Shown here: one piece after another, positions 10,468-19,148 of the stretch
How positions within the stretch are numbered: the stretch's first letter is position 1
Layout: each line of letters begins with the position of its first letter
Source of the DNA: an uncultured Akkermansia sp.
GTDB taxonomy: Bacteria > Verrucomicrobiota > Verrucomicrobiia > Verrucomicrobiales > DEV007
Reading direction: 5' to 3'
Assembly: GCA_964507205.1 (NCBI GenBank)
Contig: CAZDPC010000001.1
Location: 5,110-69,109 of the forward strand
Length of the DNA: 64,000 nt
Program-made: the position numbers and the translations under genes
The notes under the pieces: generated by a model
The model's database searches: none
Told to the model about the DNA's origin: nothing
Seen by the model: the letters and a program-made list of their open reading frames with translations, nothing else

Positions 10468-12338
10468 TCTTCGGAAACTTCTTCCGACTCACTCTCGTCG
10501 CCCAATGCGACAGGCTTGCTCAGAAACACTTCGTCGCCTTCCTCCAGGCCGCTCCTGATCTCGATGAATTCTTCGTTGAACCCGCCCGGTTCGATCACAG
10601 TCCGCTCCGCCTTCCCGCCTCGCCTGGCGTAGACGATGGTGTCGCCGGAATCAACCATCACCGACTGCAACGGCGCGAGAAGGACGTCTTCCAATTCCTC
10701 GACAACGATCTCGATCTTCGCGCTCATGCCCGGCTTGAGCCAGTCATGCGTCCCGTCTATGTGAATTTCGGTCGGATAGACTTTCTGGTTCGGGTTGTCA
10801 AACCAGCGATTCGAGTCTGGTAGCAAAGCGACCTTCTTCACTTCTCCGGTCAACGTTTTGTCAGGCTCAGCCTCGGCCACGATTCGGACTTTCTGACCGA
10901 CTTTGACTTTCTTCACCTGCGACTCCTGGATCGAAACGTTCACCCCCATTCGCCTCATGTCGGGAATCGTGATAATGGTTTGCTTGTACCGCACCGGAGC
11001 ACCTTCCTCGATCGTCTCCTCGCGACCACCGGAGTAAGGGTTGCGCTCGCTCGACCCGTAGACGACAAGACCGGGTTTCGTCGCAACGATGGTGCAGCTT
11101 TCGAACTGCCCCTCCAACTCGTCGCGCTTCTTCTGCGCCATCCTCGCCATTTGCTCGGCGGTGCGAAATTTTGCCTCGGCCTGGGAAAGCTTGGCCAACG
11201 CCTCCTTCTTTTCGATGTCGAGAAGGTGAAGCGAATCGGTATACTTCGTGAGAAGCTCCTCCGATTTCTTGGGGAATTCGTAGCGCCGATAGAGTTCCAG
11301 CTGGGTCGATGTGCTCAATTCCTTGACCTCGGCCTTCTTCATCGCGACACGTTGTTTGTCCAGTGCAGCCTTCGTGATGAAGTCCTCCGCCGCCAGGCGT
11401 TCCGACCCGGCCACGGCCTCTTTCTCCACCGCATATTCACTCTGCGCGACCAGCCATTCGTCCTCCAGCTTCCGCAATTCCTGCTGGGCTTCGCCGTCTC
11501 CGAGAAGTTCTCCTTCCAGGTACTTGCTGAAGTCGATTCGAACGAACTCCCCCCGCTTCACCACATCTTCGGTGTCGGCATTCTTCTGTTCTTCCAACGT
11601 GGCGGTGAGACGCTCGCGGAATTTTTCCTCGTGTTCGATCAGGGCGTCCTCTGTCGCGGGAAGCTCCCGCAAAGCCAACACTTCACGAGCGATCGTATCG
11701 CCGAGATACTTCTCCAGATCGAGTAGGGCGAAACGCGCCGCCTGCCTTGCCACGTTGATTTCGTTCTGGCTTTCCACCGATTGGATCGCCCGCGCCTCGT
11801 CAGCATCGGTCAGTTCGGATTGGGCATTCTCGAATTCGATATCGTGCACCTCGATCCGTTCCTTGATTTCGGTCGGATCGAGTTTGATCAGGACCTTTTT
11901 CGTTTCGACATCCTCCGGAGTCACTTCGTAGCCCTCTTCCACGATCGAAAGAATCTTCGCCCCGTCGCGTGTTTCCACTTCAGATTTGAGCTCCAACGAC
12001 TCCAGTGCCTTCAGGTTCCCTCCTTCGAGAACGGTGATTTCCAGGTTTCCACGCGTCACAGAAGCGACCGTTTCGCTGGGGGACACGACAGACGACGATC
12101 TCATCGTCGCCCACGCGACGATTCCCACAGCGATCAGGACGAGTAGCGAGACGCCAAATCGCCTTCCGAATCCGAGCGCCGATCGTGCTTGAGTCGAAGA
12201 ACGCGATTTCGCACTCTCAGATCCGACAGTGCGCTCAATCGGACCGGAGAATGTTCCGCCATGATCGATTGGTTCCATCGCCAAAATTTGATGTCGGGTT
12301 TGTGCCGGGTGACACTCCAGGGTTGGCGAGGATGACAT
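10464..12338 (-). CDS. Periplasmic adaptor (MacA/HlyD-like membrane fusion protein) with very long alpha-helical hairpin
   Basis: Single TM helix; lipoyl-like halves (ILSIVEEG..V; TIVATKPGLVVY); LKPGMSAKIEI; SGLEEGDEV. Start codon uncertain. Confidence 0.85.
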   Translation of the reverse strand: MSSSPTLECHPAQTRHQILAMEPIDHGGTFSGPIERTVGSESAKSRSSTQARSALGFGRRFGVSLLVLIAVGIVAWATMRSSSVVSPSETVASVTRGNLEITVLEGGNLKALESLELKSEVETRDGAKILSIVEEGYEVTPEDVETKKVLIKLDPTEIKERIEVHDIEFENAQSELTDADEARAIQSVESQNEINVARQAARFALLDLEKYLGDTIAREVLALRELPATEDALIEHEEKFRERLTATLEEQKNADTEDVVKRGEFVRIDFSKYLEGELLGDGEAQQELRKLEDEWLVAQSEYAVEKEAVAGSERLAAEDFITKAALDKQRVAMKKAEVKELSTSTQLELYRRYEFPKKSEELLTKYTDSLHLLDIEKKEALAKLSQAEAKFRTAEQMARMAQKKRDELEGQFESCTIVATKPGLVVYGSSERNPYSGGREETIEEGAPVRYKQTIITIPDMRRMGVNVSIQESQVKKVKVGQKVRIVAEAEPDKTLTGEVKKVALLPDSNRWFDNPNQKVYPTEIHIDGTHDWLKPGMSAKIEIVVEELEDVLLAPLQSVMVDSGDTIVYARRGGKAERTVIEPGGFNEEFIEIRSGLEEGDEVFLSKPVALGDESESEEVSEE

Positions 12339-12397
12339 TTTTGTCTTCTCAAGGCAAAACTATTCGAAAAGCGCGCCAACAATCTCGCTCACCAACG

Positions 12398-12424
12398 AAA
12401 AACGCGGAGCAATTTGCTCCGCGT
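12398..12424 (-). terminator. Rho-independent terminator of the PRC-barrel gene
   Basis: ACGCGGAGC-AATTT-GCTCCGCGT perfect 9-bp stem followed by a T-run on the minus strand; second hairpin GATCGG-AAAT-CCGATC at 12431-12446. Confidence 0.75.
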
Positions 12425-12462
12425 CATCCTGATCGGAAATCCGATCCCTTTTACTGTAGCGA

Positions 12463-13269
12463 TTACAGGCTACTCACTTTCGTTGATTCGGCATCCGAAT
12501 CGGCGTCTGTCGTTTCAGGAACCTCGTTCCTTTTCTCCGAATCTTGTGGAGACCATTCCTTGTTCCAGTAATCAGTGGAACTGGAGTTTCCGAGCTGGTT
12601 GGGAGTGTCCGGATCGAACTCCGGAGCATTCTCCAGACGCTCTTCGTCCGCATCGAGGTAGATATGGAGTTCCAGAGCGGACCTCTCCGCCTCGGCCTGG
12701 TTTTCATACGTTTCCTCTTCGGCCTCTTCGGCCTCTTCGGCGGAGTCTTCCGCTTCCTCGGCAGCATCCTCGGCTTCTTCGGCATCAGCTTCGGTGTTCG
12801 CGGCGAGTTGCTCCGAATCGGTCGTCTCGGCGTCGATCTCTTCGGCGGACGAGGCAGTCGAGTCTGTCATCTTCGCTTCCTGCTTGATGTCGAAACTGGA
12901 CCAGGGGACAGCCACCAGGCGGTCTCCGATTCCCAGGAATCCTCCGACACTGACCACGGCATGCTCCACTTGACCTGATTCCGAGTTGACCAGAAGGCGA
13001 TCGATACTTCCGATCGTTTCTTCCCGCCTGTTGTAGACTTCGGCCGAAACCAACTCGCTGGAGTCGATCACACCCGAGTAGGCGATGTAGTCCGCCTTCT
13101 GCTCCGAATCGGTTTCGATTTTCGTTCCATTTTCCGTTTCGACCCCTTCGGTGATCGCGGGGTCGGTGTTGCGGACATCTGCACCTTGGGCAGTCGTCGC
13201 CTCTTCCTGCGCCCAGCCAGCGGTCATGAGACCGGTAATGGCCAGGGCGGTGATTGTTCTTTTCTTCAT
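12463..13269 (-). CDS. Secreted PRC-barrel domain protein with acidic low-complexity insert
   Basis: Signal peptide; SSELVSAEVYN...IGSIDRLLVN..SGQVEHAVVSVGGFLGIGDRLVAVPW...LENAPEF. Confidence 0.88.
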   Translation of the reverse strand: MKKRTITALAITGLMTAGWAQEEATTAQGADVRNTDPAITEGVETENGTKIETDSEQKADYIAYSGVIDSSELVSAEVYNRREETIGSIDRLLVNSESGQVEHAVVSVGGFLGIGDRLVAVPWSSFDIKQEAKMTDSTASSAEEIDAETTDSEQLAANTEADAEEAEDAAEEAEDSAEEAEEAEEETYENQAEAERSALELHIYLDADEERLENAPEFDPDTPNQLGNSSSTDYWNKEWSPQDSEKRNEVPETTDADSDAESTKVSSL

Positions 13270-13329
13270 GGTATGTTGTTAGGTTTTTGTTGTTGCTGGA
13301 GGAGTTTCAGTCTCCGCCCCACACAAAAC

Positions 13330-13345
13330 GCATTCACCATACCAA
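13330..13345 (-). promoter_or_regulatory. Putative sigma54 (-24/-12) promoter
   Basis: Minus strand TTGGTATGGTGAATGC has exact GG-N10-GC spacing about 60 nt upstream of the PRC-barrel ATG. Confidence 0.5.
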
Positions 13346-13533
13346 GCAGTACAACCCGCTGATCGTTAGCAAAATCGCCTTTTACGAGCCGGCATTACCC
13401 GACCCGATCATGTAGAAATTGCACGCTCGCTGTTGCGTTTTGCGAGAGTAGATCTCAGGAAATCGCAAGAGGATCCCCCAATTCCCCGCCTCGTGAATCA
13501 CCTGCCATGACTCAACAGGGCCGGGTTCAATAC

Positions 13534-14436
13534 CTAACCCTGTTTCATCGATTCCAGCAGGCCGATGATCGCCCAAGAAGTGCCGAAGAAATTCGAGATC
13601 CTCGACTTCTTCTTTCGATCTTTCGTACTGAATGTCTCCCAGAAACCTTTCTCGCTCTGCGAACTTGTCAGGTAATCCCGACCTTTCTTCATCTCCTCCG
13701 CATACTCGGAGGGATCGCTGCTGCGGGCGAGTCCGAACAATGCCTGCCCTGTCGCCATCGGGTCGCTCACTTCGCCGTCTTTCCAACTCCATCCGCCGTC
13801 TTCGTTCTGACGAGCCGCAAGGATCCCGGCCTCCCCGGAGATCACCGAATTGATCGCGTACCATTCCGTCGAAACCGCTGGTTGGGAAGATCGCGGAACT
13901 TCTTCCTCACCCAAAGCAGCGAGCGCCCATCGCGTTGAAACGGCTTCCGTCTCTTCCATCGGGCGCTTCTGGCGGGGAAGCTGCCCGTTGGCTTTCCACG
14001 TCCCGGAATCATTCCGGTTTTTCCTGATCACCTCGACAAGGAGCGCCTTCGCTTCAGGCGGGATTTGATCGGCGGACGCGGAGAGGAGCAACTGGCTGAC
14101 GCCCTCCACATTGAGCTCACCCGCCGCAACTTCCTCTTTCCGGTCCGAACCCGGCTCGGGATCTTTCACGGTCAGCATCGAATCCCAAACCCACTCTCGC
14201 TGCACCTTCAAATTCGGCTCGTCGAGCCCGATTCCTGCCTCGAGCGCCAGATCTTTTGCCCATACGAAGAGAGAACTGTGATGACAGGAGGCACACTTCT
14301 TTTCCTCGATCCACCACACGCCTTCCTCTTCGAGCCAGGGCAGAGCCCGCTCCACGGCAGCGAGCGTCGGGTCGGTCCGATCAGCCCACAATTCCGTGGC
14401 CAGGAAAATCGGGAATAGAATCGAGATGACTCTCAT
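13534..14436 (-). CDS. Secreted prenyltransferase/squalene-cyclase-repeat (alpha-barrel) protein with CxxCH
   Basis: Signal peptide; CASCHH; QW-like repeats NRNDSGTW, RQNEDGGW, SQSEKGFW; no DXDD. Confidence 0.7.
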   Translation of the reverse strand: MRVISILFPIFLATELWADRTDPTLAAVERALPWLEEEGVWWIEEKKCASCHHSSLFVWAKDLALEAGIGLDEPNLKVQREWVWDSMLTVKDPEPGSDRKEEVAAGELNVEGVSQLLLSASADQIPPEAKALLVEVIRKNRNDSGTWKANGQLPRQKRPMEETEAVSTRWALAALGEEEVPRSSQPAVSTEWYAINSVISGEAGILAARQNEDGGWSWKDGEVSDPMATGQALFGLARSSDPSEYAEEMKKGRDYLTSSQSEKGFWETFSTKDRKKKSRISNFFGTSWAIIGLLESMKQG

Positions 14437-14521
14437 TGCCCCATTCTATGAGAAACAACGAGTCGCAGCAAGATCCGCCATCCCGCCCTTTCCGTTCCCG
14501 ACCCCTGAAACAAGGCCGTCC

Positions 14522-14908
14522 TCAACCACCACCGAACTCGATGTCATTGACGATCTCGTCCGCGTAGATGTTCACGTGCGCTATGATCTCGTAGATATCC
14601 TTTTCGCTCGCACCGACCTCCTGCAGAGTCTCGATGAGATGTTCGGTGAATCGCTGGAACTCTCGGCGACTGATGTCGAGTTTGCTGTGAACCTCTCCAA
14701 GCGGTCGACCGCTGTAGAGAATCGGTCCACCCGTAGCGACCGAGAAAAATTCCCGCTGCATTTTGCGCAGTTTGTCCATCGGGACATGCTCGAAATAGAA
14801 TTTCAATTCGGGATCGGCGAGCACCTTTTCGTAGAACGTATCGACCAGCTTCGCGATCGTTTCCTCTCCGCCAATACGCTCGTATATTGTCTCTTCTGCG
14901 GAACTCAT
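14522..14908 (-). CDS. glbN: Group I truncated hemoglobin
   Basis: TIYERIGG, TFY (B10 Tyr), YFE (CD1 Phe), GGP..YSGR...VH (F8 His). Start reassigned to MSSAEET. Confidence 0.88.
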   Translation of the reverse strand: MSSAEETIYERIGGEETIAKLVDTFYEKVLADPELKFYFEHVPMDKLRKMQREFFSVATGGPILYSGRPLGEVHSKLDISRREFQRFTEHLIETLQEVGASEKDIYEIIAHVNIYADEIVNDIEFGGG

Positions 14909-14953
14909 AGTCGAAACACTGGTGGGGCAGAGTGCGGCACAGATCGCAACCAC

Positions 14954-15535
14954 TCAATCTCCTGCTCCCAGATTCTCATAATCGGCGACAAGATTCAAGC
15001 CCAGGAGCACATAATCGTGGTATTCGGCCTTCATGTCCTGAATGTAATTCGGCAGTCGAATCAGTTCCGCGAAGCCTGCCGCCCCCATCGCCTCGATAGC
15101 CGACACTCGTTCACCGTTGAGTTCGGATTCCAATTTGGTCAATCCCAGCTGGCGGGAGATATTCACGATCGGGCCGAGAAACTCGTCGATCAAACCGAGA
15201 CCACGGTAATCCGGGTGGGTGAGAAAATAGACACGCCCGATGTGGCGCTTCCAACCTCCGGGGCGAAGATGGAGTGTTCCCATGGCGACGAGTGTCCCAT
15301 CGATGTGAGCGAGCAGAACGACATGGTCCTCGCGATCCGGGCTTTCCATCCATTCCCGAAAGAGGGAACCGTCCTTGATCTTCGCCCGAATAAAGAGTTG
15401 TTCCGCCTCGGGGATCACGGAATGAAAGTCACGGAAAGCACCTTCATCGCTCATTTCCATCGTCCGAATCGAAAAGGGAGTACCATCTTTCAGCTCAAGC
15501 CGGACCGGAAAATCTGCGAGCGCGATCTCTCTCAT
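14954..15535 (-). CDS. GNAT family N-acetyltransferase
   Basis: LKDGT..SIR N-terminus; acetyl-CoA motif THPDYRGLGL; AIEAM..AGF. Confidence 0.8.
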   Translation of the reverse strand: MREIALADFPVRLELKDGTPFSIRTMEMSDEGAFRDFHSVIPEAEQLFIRAKIKDGSLFREWMESPDREDHVVLLAHIDGTLVAMGTLHLRPGGWKRHIGRVYFLTHPDYRGLGLIDEFLGPIVNISRQLGLTKLESELNGERVSAIEAMGAAGFAELIRLPNYIQDMKAEYHDYVLLGLNLVADYENLGAGD

Positions 15536-15651
15536 CAATCATTGGGAAAGCACTTCCCGTGCCACGGAGATCGTATGGATGCCCCCTTTCGTGCGGAAAA
15601 AGCTAAGATCCGAAGTTGATAGGCACGCTTTCTGCCCCTCGGTTCAGTGGA

Positions 15652-17142
15652 ATGCCGGATCGATTAAGGAAGACCTTCTCCTACGCGGACACCCGCGCGG
15701 AATATAGACGCATCCTCGGGTTCTTCGAATTCAACTCCGCTCGCGCCCTCCTGAAATTCTCCTGTTGTGCCGCCCTGGCCGTTGTCGCGGCTGTATCCAT
15801 GAAGGGATCGAGCCTGGGCGAAGCGGGCTCGGTCTCCCTGGGAATCGTTGTCTTCTGCGGGCTGCTATGGATGACCGAAGCGATCCCCGCCTTCGCAGTC
15901 GCCTTGCTCGCGATCGGCCTTCAGATCTTCCTGCTCGGAAGACCCGGCGGTGTTCTCATACCTGGAGACGACCCCCGCGGTTGGGAGATATTCGTCGAAC
16001 CCTGGGCGAGTCCTTCCATGTGGCTCTTCTTCGGAGGCTTCGTGCTGGCCCGCGCCGCCGCCCGAACGGGACTCGATCGGAAGTTGGCGAGCGACCTGAT
16101 CCACTTCGCCGGAGCCCGACCCGAACGCGTTCTCCTCGTCGCTATGGTCACCACCTTCTTCTTTTCGATGTTCCTTTCGAATACCGCCACCGCAGCGATG
16201 ATGCTGGCAATTCTCGCTCCGATGCTTTCCGGATCGAAAGCTTCGCCGACATCGGCCCGCGCCTTTACCATAGGGGTCGCTTTCGCCGCGAATATCGGAG
16301 GAATGGGGACCATCATCGGAACCCCGCCGAACGCGATCGCATCCGGGCTTCTCAGAGACGCTCACCCGGTCGACTTTCTCGAATGGATGGGCTACGGCCT
16401 ACCTCCAGCGATTCTGCTTCTCGGAGGCCTCTGGTTTTCCCTCGCTCGGAAAGTTCGGGAAGCCGACTTCAGCGGAGGAGTGCGCGGCATACTCCCCAAT
16501 CCGCATCTCCCCCGGGATGAGGAACTGCTCGAAGACGAAACAGTCCCCCGCTGGCAACGATTCGAAGTGCTGGCAGTCGCTGCAGCGACGATCCTACTGT
16601 GGCTGACGAGTGGCTGGCACGGCATTCCCACCGCGGTCGTTTCGTTCTTCCCGATCGTCTTCTTTTCCATCACGGGGGTGATCCGTGCCTCCGACATCAG
16701 GTCGCTCGACTGGGACATTCTCATCCTCCTCGCCGGCGGACTGTCTCTCGGAGTGGGCGTTGCCGAAAGCGGACTGGCAGAGTGGGTCGCTTCCAAGTTG
16801 AGTGCTCTCGTGATGCCGGACTGGGCCATGGCCATGCTGTTCTGCCTTCTCACGTTGCTACTTTCCAATTTCATGAGCAACACGGCAGCGGCAAATATTC
16901 TCATCCCGATTGGAATCGCCGCCGGATCCGCACTCGGAGGCGGTGCCGAGGCAGCCGCCTTCGCCGTCCCGATGGCGCTCAGCGCGTCCGCCGCAATGTG
17001 TTTGCCTATTTCGACGCCTCCCAACGCGATCGCCTACGCAAGCGGCAGGGTCCGCTCTCGCGACTTCTTCCTGCCAGGGCTCGTTATCGGCGTCCTCGCG
17101 TGTCCCCTTTCCACTCTCTGGTGCCGCCTCGTAATCCGATGA
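15652..17142 (+). CDS. DASS/SLC13 family Na+-coupled anion (sulfate/dicarboxylate) symporter
   Basis: Multiple TM helices; two repeats of SNTA and GTPPN/STPPN motifs. Alternative TTG start at 15616. Confidence 0.88.
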   Translation: MPDRLRKTFSYADTRAEYRRILGFFEFNSARALLKFSCCAALAVVAAVSMKGSSLGEAGSVSLGIVVFCGLLWMTEAIPAFAVALLAIGLQIFLLGRPGGVLIPGDDPRGWEIFVEPWASPSMWLFFGGFVLARAAARTGLDRKLASDLIHFAGARPERVLLVAMVTTFFFSMFLSNTATAAMMLAILAPMLSGSKASPTSARAFTIGVAFAANIGGMGTIIGTPPNAIASGLLRDAHPVDFLEWMGYGLPPAILLLGGLWFSLARKVREADFSGGVRGILPNPHLPRDEELLEDETVPRWQRFEVLAVAAATILLWLTSGWHGIPTAVVSFFPIVFFSITGVIRASDIRSLDWDILILLAGGLSLGVGVAESGLAEWVASKLSALVMPDWAMAMLFCLLTLLLSNFMSNTAAANILIPIGIAAGSALGGGAEAAAFAVPMALSASAAMCLPISTPPNAIAYASGRVRSRDFFLPGLVIGVLACPLSTLWCRLVIR

Positions 17143-18185
17143 CCCGACTGGAGGACGACGCCCCCAGCCGCGACCCGATTGGATTCGGTGAATGGCTGAG
17201 CAGGGCCAGTTCCATCGAACCGGCTTCTACCTCACATGAAGAATTGTCACTTGGTTTTCCCTCCAAGGCGAGCTTCGATGCCGCCTTGGATACGCAATCT
17301 CTCAGCATACTGAACAGCCATTTCGGCATTCCCGGCTCTCTCTCGTTCCAGCGTGGTCCCGGCGATTTCGTCTTTGGCCGGATTCAAACTCCTTCGAGCA
17401 CGGCAGAAATCTGCCTGCATGGAGCCCATGTTACGGCCTTTGCACCGACAGGTCAGGCCCCGGTCATCTGGTTGAGCCCGGACGCGGTTTTCGCTCCGGG
17501 CAAAGCAATACGCGGCGGCGTTCCGATTTGCTGGCCCTGGTTTGCCGATCACCCGGACGATGCCACCCAACCTGCCCACGGCGTCGCACGGACTTCCTGT
17601 TGGGAGGTTCTCGAGTCTACGTTGCTAGACGACGGCTCGGTGAGGATCGATTTTTCCTTGCCTTCGAAATTCTCCGAACCGCTCGCTCCCGGTATCGAGC
17701 TACGCCTGACTGTCACCGTATCGAGCCAGCTGGACTTCCAGTTGATCACGGCCAACCAATCCGAGAAACGCTTTTCAATGACCGAAGCCCTCCACACTTA
17801 CCTCCACGTGGGAGAGATCGAGAAGGTAAGGATCCGGGGGCTCGATGGAGTGGAGTATCTCGACAAAGTGGAGGCCTCGGGCAGGAAACGGCAGGAAGGC
17901 GACGTGATCGTAACTTCAGAGACCGATCGCATCTACGGGGACACCACGGCTGACGTTCTCGTTCACGATGAGGAACTCGCGAGGGTCATCCGGGTGGCAA
18001 AGAAAGGTTCCGCGGCAACCGTCGTGTGGAACCCGTGGGCCGAGGTGGCTGCGCGAATGACCGACTTCACCGACGACGGGTTTCGAAAGATGGTCTGTGT
18101 GGAAGCCGCCAATGCCGCTGGAAACACCCTCGTGATCGAACCAGGCTCACGGCACATTCTTGGCACGACTCTCTCAGTCGAATAG
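17139..18185 (+). CDS. D-hexose-6-phosphate mutarotase (aldose 1-epimerase family, YeaD-like)
   Basis: AIRGGVPICWPWF, HGVAR, ALHTY, VVWNPW, MVCVE. ATGA overlap with the DASS gene; true start may lie downstream. Confidence 0.88.
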   Translation: MTRLEDDAPSRDPIGFGEWLSRASSIEPASTSHEELSLGFPSKASFDAALDTQSLSILNSHFGIPGSLSFQRGPGDFVFGRIQTPSSTAEICLHGAHVTAFAPTGQAPVIWLSPDAVFAPGKAIRGGVPICWPWFADHPDDATQPAHGVARTSCWEVLESTLLDDGSVRIDFSLPSKFSEPLAPGIELRLTVTVSSQLDFQLITANQSEKRFSMTEALHTYLHVGEIEKVRIRGLDGVEYLDKVEASGRKRQEGDVIVTSETDRIYGDTTADVLVHDEELARVIRVAKKGSAATVVWNPWAEVAARMTDFTDDGFRKMVCVEAANAAGNTLVIEPGSRHILGTTLSVE

Positions 18186-18186
18186 A

Positions 18187-18645
18187 TCAGAGTTTCTCTT
18201 CGCCGATATCCTCGTACCAGATGTCGGGACGTGCCTCGATGAATTTCGCCATCAGATCCACGCAATCCTGGTTCGCGAGATCGATCACCTCGATCCCCGC
18301 CTCACGCAGCCAGTCGATCGCACCGGGAAAATTCACCGACTCGCCGACCACGACTCGCCGGATATTGAATTGACGTATCAGACCGCTGCAGTACCAACAC
18401 GGAGCCAGCGTCGTCACCATTGTCTTGTCGCGGTAGGTCGCTTGCCGCCCCGCTCTCCGGAAGGCGTCGGTTTCACCATGAATCGAGGGGTCCCCTTCTT
18501 GTACCCGTCGATTCCTCCCGCGGCCAAGCACTCTGCCATCAGAAGCAACGAGAGCCGCACCCACCGGCACACCTCCTTCTTCGAAGCCGCATCTCGCTTC
18601 TTCCAGTGCGATTTCGAGTCTGTCATTCCAATCCAGCTCGCTCAT
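18187..18645 (-). CDS. Cytosine/nucleoside deaminase (fungal FCY1-like)
   Basis: HGE and PCWYC zinc motifs; C-terminal RPDIWYEDIGE. Confidence 0.88.
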   Translation of the reverse strand: MSELDWNDRLEIALEEARCGFEEGGVPVGAALVASDGRVLGRGRNRRVQEGDPSIHGETDAFRRAGRQATYRDKTMVTTLAPCWYCSGLIRQFNIRRVVVGESVNFPGAIDWLREAGIEVIDLANQDCVDLMAKFIEARPDIWYEDIGEEKL

Positions 18646-18784
18646 TCTTTCATTCTCACCTGGAGGCCTCGGCTCGATCGCTTTCGATCAGGGATCGTTT
18701 CCCATGAATCCGGCACGAAAAAGCCGGTTGGACTCTCCTACTTCTCGTATTTATTCAAAAGATAGCACACCCTTACTTCTCTCC

Positions 18785-19135
18785 ATGGAAAAGGAACGAT
18801 TATCCCATTATCGAACACTCCTCGAAAAACAACTCGCCGCAATCGGTGAGACGGCGCAACGTCATCAGCAGCAGATCGATGAAAACCGGAACACCGGAGA
18901 CTTTGTCGGGGGAGACCGTGCCGCCGAGTTGGAAACGATGGAAGTCGACTCTTCGGTAACCGAAAGCGAATTTCGTCTCGCGGAGAAAATTCAACACGCA
19001 CTCCAGCGCATCGAGAACGGTTCCTACGGCGTTTGCGAGGACTGCAACGAAGATATCCCGGAAGCCCGCCTCGAAGCCAAGCCCAGCGTCTCCCTCTGCA
19101 TTCCCTGCCAGGAAAAGCACGAGGAGGGTGTTTGA
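18785..19135 (+). CDS. TraR/DksA C4 zinc-finger protein
   Basis: Coiled coil with DRA tip; ALQRIENGSYGVCEDC..IPEARLEA.P...LCIPC. Confidence 0.9.
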   Translation: MEKERLSHYRTLLEKQLAAIGETAQRHQQQIDENRNTGDFVGGDRAAELETMEVDSSVTESEFRLAEKIQHALQRIENGSYGVCEDCNEDIPEARLEAKPSVSLCIPCQEKHEEGV

Positions 19136-19148
19136 CTTCTTCCTTCGT

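Noticed and set aside
12700-12800. TCTTCGGCC-type short tandem repeats as CRISPR or VNTR
   Set aside because: No spacers or cas genes; explained by the acidic coding tract of the PRC-barrel protein.
16599-17138. N-terminal extension of the mutarotase ORF
   Set aside because: Arg-rich out-of-frame overlap with the DASS gene; the ATGA-coupled start at 17139 is more plausible.
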